A stretch of 63,744 nt of DNA, counting the filler, from Reclinomonas americana ATCC 50394 (lineage: Eukaryota): the NCBI GenBank assembly GCA_048213135.1. It is 20 parts of 20 records of this genome, joined end to end, with 100 filler letters (N's around TTAATTAATTAA, not from the genome) between each part and the next. Parts side by side here need not be neighbours in the genome. Positions count along the whole stretch, not along the records: positions 58,476 to 62,423 come from AFZH01024446.1; positions 62,524 to 63,744 come from AFZH01024448.1; 18 more parts are not named here. One strand, given 5' to 3'. Below are positions 58,815 through 63,744 of the stretch, piece by piece (positions within the stretch are counted from its first letter, which is position 1; every line of letters begins with the position of its first letter). The translations under genes were made by a program, and so were the position numbers. Below the pieces are notes generated by a model. The model worked only from the letters and a program-made list of their open reading frames with translations. It was not told the origin of the DNA and ran no database searches.

Positions 58815-61122
58815 TCACTTCCCCTGCTTACGGCTTCGGCGCCGCGGCCGGTTGGGCCGCTGAAGGTTGGGTGCTGCTGAAGGTTGGGTGCTGCGGGAGA
58901 CCCCCGACCCGGAAGCTGATCCAGATCCCGACCCGCCACTGGCAGACAATGTCTGAGCCTGACGCCCGGAGCTCGAGGCTTCGGCCAGTGGAGCATCGCC
59001 ATCGTCATCCTCATCAGCTGCCTCTCCATCGACTTCCCACGGGTCAAAATTGTCGCGGTACTTGAGCCACGCCTTCGGTCCGCGTTGCATTTCCTTGTCC
59101 GTAAGCAGGCACGACTCCAGCAGGTTGACGATGTGCTCGTGGTCGATGTGAATTCCGATGAACACCAGCTGCAAACACATGATGCATAGTGAATACACAG
59201 CACGATCGACGAGGCCACAACTGAGAGTACGTGCGATACTGTACCTCTTGGCGTCGATCGCCCACTGTCGGATCATCAGCGAGGAAGTCTGCTCTGATCT
59301 GACGCAGTGCGTCTTCAACCGCTGCCGCATGTACCGCAGCGAGTTCTCCGGCGACACCATGTACATGACCAGCTTCAGATCCGTCATGAACTCCTCCAGC
59401 ACCGAGGAGTTCAGGCCACTTCTCCTCCGGAACAGTTGCAAACCACGGCCCGCCGCTGTTGAATCGGAACACGTTGCCTGCCTGACTCCACTCGCCTATC
59501 ACGTCATTCCGTGACGCGAGCCAGAAGAACCCCTGTCAATTGCAAGCAGTTAGTTATGCAAGAAGGGAAGAAAGTCTTTTCGCGCTAAAGCAAGCGGACA
59601 AGTCAGACCTTGGAGCGGACAATGCCTGCGTCGCAGAGCTCAAACGATTGCAGCAGCCTCCAGAGGCGACCAGGGTGAAAGGGGCGCCGCGCCTTGAAAA
59701 CGACGCTGCTAATGCCGTACTCCTCGGTCTCGGGGACATGCTGACCACGTATTTCACGAAGCCAACCGCTGTGGTTCGCCGCTCGGTCGAAGTCGAAAGA
59801 CCGAGTGTTTAGAATCTCTCTGACAGGCACGTTCGAGAAACTGGATCGCAGAATGCGAGCTTCAGGATTCAAGCGCCTGCAGAGGGCCTCCAGCCGATCC
59901 AGATGCTCCGGGTCTGTCACCAAATCGCATTTGTTGACGACGATCACGTTGGCAAATTCGATCTGGTCCAGGAGCAAGTCCACGATGGTTCTCTCATCTT
60001 CTTCTTCCGTTCCCTGAGTTACGAAGTACTCTGAGAAACACCGAACTGCGAGATATAACCGTGAATCAACCCTTACCCCGGTACCGGCACCACCTCCGTA
60101 GCGCTGGCCAACAGTTTCATCTGAGGCCAGGTCGTCTGGGAAATTAGCTGCATCAACAACAGTGATCATTGTATCCAACCGAGCAATGTCCCGCAGTTGC
60201 TGGGGTACACCGTCGCGTAGCGCCGTGGAGGATCCAGATCCTCCAGCGGAATGCGACATCTGCAGATCCGGAAGAGGAGCATCGAACGTGAAGGTTTCGG
60301 CTACTGGAAGAGGCTCTGCGATGCCAGTACTTTCGATGACGATGTAGTCGAACAACGGATGACCTTGATCAGCACCCTCTCGAGCAAGTTTGGCCAGTTC
60401 CACGAGAAGATCCTAATCGGAGCACGAGAGGGTTGGGAATAGTGTTAGTTACAGAGAAGAAAAACAACAGACAAGCGCCAACAAGCTTTGAGAGTCTTGA
60501 CTGCCGATCCTGCACACTACGTATACGCTGGATCGGGGACAGAGGCTATCGCCAACATGCACAAACAAGTCACATGATCAAGATCTCAAGCAATTGTCCT
60601 CACCTCACGCAGAGTACAGCAGATGCATCCGTTTTGCATCTCCACCATCTTCTCTTCAGCACGTCGGAACGCAGCATCGCCACTCTTGACTAAAGCCGCA
60701 TCAATATTCACTGCCAGTGAACAACAAGAGAGGTTGTAAGCGACCCAGTACTGGAAACAGCGCAGCATGTTCATCTGGAAGCACTTGAAGTACTTGCCTT
60801 CACTCATGTCGTTGACAATGAGAGCGATTCGAAGGCCCTCACGATTGCGGAGAATGTGCTGCAGCAGTGTTGTCTGGATGAAAACGAACACGCAACATGT
60901 GTTACTCATCATATGTGTGTGCATGACGTCGACGGCGAAATGTTGCAGGGAAGACGCACTCACCTTGCCTGCACCGAGGAAGCCGGAGAGCACTGAGACG
61001 GGGATCTGATGGCGTTGACCAGCACGTTCATCAACACCAGCCGCGGTCGATGACGGTACCGGTGATGCATCCATTGCGACGGGGCAATCTTCATCAGTGA
61101 CGCGACCTCCTGCAGAATCCAT
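58815..61122 (-). CDS. COG0523/CobW-family zinc metallochaperone GTPase (YciC/ZigA-like), 7 exons
   Basis: Exons 61122-60964, 60873-60798, 60710-60604, 60412-60077, 60013-59609, 59532-59245, 59168-58815. SGFLGAGKTT, GCICC, ESTG, NKCD, ETEEYGISS, RPFHP, RSKGFFWLA, GDRRQELVFIG. Confidence 0.95.
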
Positions 61123-61504
61123 GATGATCTCTGCAGCAGTTGCATGAGGTACGTTGCAAGCAAGCCATCGTGATGCACAATTAAGCTCAAAACACCATGT
61201 GAGAGAGATATTTAGAATGAGATAGGGGCGTTTACACGTGCGAGAGGAGTAGTGAGTGATCATGAGTGAGAGAGAGAGAGTACATGCATGTGTGAGTGAG
61301 AGAGGTGAAGGAGTGCGTGTGAGAGTGTATGTGAGTTAAGATTTAGAGTCAAAGACTTCTGCAGCACTCTAAGCTCTGCAGATCTGCGCTTGCATGGCCT
61401 CTCTCATGATCATGACCCCTCCTGGCCTCTATCACACGCATGCGCAACGATTGCAGCTTGAAGACAGGAGTGTGTTCTCCAACACACTGCAGCGTTGTCG
61501 GATC

Positions 61505-61953
61505 AGGAGACTATGACAAATTATTGACTTCTGGATCGTCCAGCAACGTCCACAAGTGTCGACAATGTGTGTCCGAAGAATCATGCAAATGCATGCGCAT
61601 GCATATGCATTGCAACAGTTTCAACAGTGAACGATCAGAGTCAACACAATGACGGGAGTTCACTCTCAACAGGAAAGAAAGTGTAAAACGAGAGGAGTGC
61701 GTGAAGACTCGCATTCTCATTCGCATTTACGCAGCGCAGCGCTGCGGATATTCGAATTCCTTCCAACAGTGGAAATCCGGATTGTCGGTGGTGATTTGAC
61801 GAGCGCAGCGATGCAGCCAACGAGGAGACTATCAGACATTTGACTTCTGGATCGTCCAGCAACGTCCACAAGTGTCCACATGCATCATCAATGTGTGTCC
61901 GAAGACATTGCAGCAGTTGCCGGTGGTGATTTGACGAGCGCAGCGATGCAGCC
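61505..61953 (+). repeat. Local tandem duplication upstream of the ZIP gene
   Basis: Block A at 61505-61579 matches 61823-61905; block B at 61786-61818 equals 61921-61953. Confidence 0.85.
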
Positions 61954-62216
61954 TACGGATTTCAAGATCCTCTGCACTGTCGTCTTTCTTGTCACATCTG
62001 CAGTATTCGGCAGCATTCCGTTCCTTTTGAAGAAAAGGCGATCAGCCAAGGCGGCCGCGGCAGTGGCCTCCTCGAACTCTTCGCGATCGCGATCGACCAG
62101 GGCAGCAGGAGCAACTGCAGCAGTAGTACTTGCTGCTGCAGATGCTGCTACGGATCATGGTAACCGAGACAGCGATGTCGAGGCCTCAAGTCGCGTAGAC
62201 ACTGGTTACCAGCAGG
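61946..62216 (+). CDS. Probable ZIP (Zrt/Irt) metal transporter, first exon
   Basis: MQPTDFKILCTVVFLVTSAVFGSIPFLL resembles ZIP TM1 (KI..F......G..P); donor GTGCGT at 62217. Only TM1 is visible. Confidence 0.55.
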
Positions 62217-62308
<92 letters not shown>

Positions 62309-62523
62309 TAGTAGTAGTAGGTAGGAGGAGGAGAGAGAGAGAGAGTAGAGAGAGAGAGAGGAGGTAGGTAGGTAGGGTAGGGTTACGGTTACGGTTACGG
62401 TTACGGTTCGGTTCGGTTACGGTNNNNNNNNNNNNNNNNNNNNNNNNNNNNNNNNNNNNNNNNNNNNTTAATTAATTAANNNNNNNNNNNNNNNNNNNNN
62501 NNNNNNNNNNNNNNNNNNNNNNN

Positions 62524-63744
62524 CGGTCTATCGAAAGGTAGTGGCAACGCAGTGATAGAGACACCGCTATCCATGGGTGGGCTGGGAGTTCAATCCCTGG
62601 CCGACCGTCGCGCACCTCTCCTCATCTCGTCGGCACACAAACTCCTCACGAGCACGCGCAACCTCGTCAGAAACGTTGCACACAGAGTGAAGACAGACAC
62701 GATGGAGAAATTTGCACTCTTGCCCGACAACGCTGTCCCTCCCACCAATCACCTGTTCAAGAGAGAAGTCGTGCAGAACCACAAGGAGCTGCACCGCCAG
62801 CAGGTAGACGTCAATGCTCCCCCCCGCTTCTTTGACTTTCCCTTTGTCGTGAGAGAAGACGGTACCTTTGTGTTCAATGGTCAGCAGCCAGGAAAGACAG
62901 ACAAGGCAGAGAACATCATCGCCACCGCAGCCACACTAGCAGCGAAGCACAGATTCAGCGTAGACTCCTACACTGATCCAGTCACCCAGAAGATCACCAC
63001 GATTGGCCGTCTCCCCGATAACACGCATTATTGGAATGTGGTGAATGAAGTGTTTTTCCTTTCTGACTGTCTTTCCGTTCACTGAGAAGTTTCTGAAGTC
63101 TGTCAACAAGTTTCAAGGAAAACAGAAGTCCGAGAAGTGGACCGAAGAGGTGGCAACAGAAGACGGAGACATACGCCCGAGAAAGTCAGGTCGCTTTGCT
63201 TTCACTTACCGTCACGGTGCTGGTGCACACGACTGCTTGAAAATCGGTCGTGGTCTGTACCCGAAGCAACAGTCTTTCGCCTTGAAACTGCGCACCAACT
63301 CCCTCTATCTCAACGCTACACGCGCGAAGAATAGCCAGAACTATACCCATCAGATGGCTAGCTGCAAAGTGTGTAACAAGGGACAGGAAGAGACAGTGGC
63401 GCACCTCTTGTGCTGGTGTGAGGCACAGAAAGACAATGTGACGAGTCGGCACAACAGAGTGGCAACGATCTTGCACGAGGAACTCAGAGACTCAAGTGTA
63501 CACAGCGAGGCAGTCTTCTACACCGAGAAAGTACCGCAGAATTTGTTGCCAGCAGGAGAAGGCCAGTTGGCACAGTTGAAACCAGACATTGTGGCTGTTA
63601 CTCGAGCAGGTCCAGGTGTCGATGCACAGGTGACGAAGGTGCTGATTGTGGAGCTCACTGTGGCGTACCCGAAGGACGAGGAAGCGCTGCAGAAGGCGTA
63701 CGACCGCAAGTTGGTGAAGTATGCCGAGCTGGTGGAGAAGATCT
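62524..63744 (+). mobile_element. Non-LTR retrotransposon of the RLE (R2/NeSL-like) type, C-terminal part
   Basis: Post-RT PLSMGGLGV. After a frame change near 63050-63086: LRTNSL, CKVC..ETVAHLLCWC, RHNRVA, LKPDIV, IVELTV, RKLVKY (PD-(D/E)xK endonuclease). Confidence 0.9.

Noticed and set aside
62370..62423. Telomere-like GGTTAC repeats (also GTAACC at 5575-5602)
   Set aside because: They grade out of microsatellites in the pattern typical of pyrosequencing dephasing.

Overview
This window is not one locus. It is 20 short contigs joined by artificial 100-nt spacers (44 N + TTAATTAATTAA + 44 N), and it carries 454-type artefacts. Three kinds of source are mixed. (1) An intron-rich, microsatellite-rich unicellular eukaryote: 1-7359, 13680-39328, 45582-52583, 58476-63744. 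(2) A high-GC actinobacterium, Microbacterium-like: 7460-13579. (3) Alphaproteobacteria: a repABC plasmid at 39429-45481 and Bosea/Rhizobiales-like chromosome pieces at 52684-58375. The most striking signal is a 10-exon, about 1330-codon RAG1/Transib-like DDE transposase reconstructed by hand across three adjacent eukaryotic contigs (14155-19583). It has an intact catalytic triad and Zn ligands, and lies tail-to-tail with a second gene that is not RAG2-like. Other notable eukaryotic features are a P-element-type transposase with an NHL-like beta-propeller inserted in its catalytic domain, an array of 21 cadherin-like domains each encoded by one 285-nt phase-1 exon, giant IPT/TIG-repeat proteins, a head-to-head COG0523/ZIP zinc gene pair, and an RLE non-LTR retroelement. 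Notable bacterial features are a D-arm-deficient tRNA-Trp-like element in a mobile island and a Zur-boxed alkaline phosphatase operon. All family assignments come from motif recognition by eye; no searches were run.
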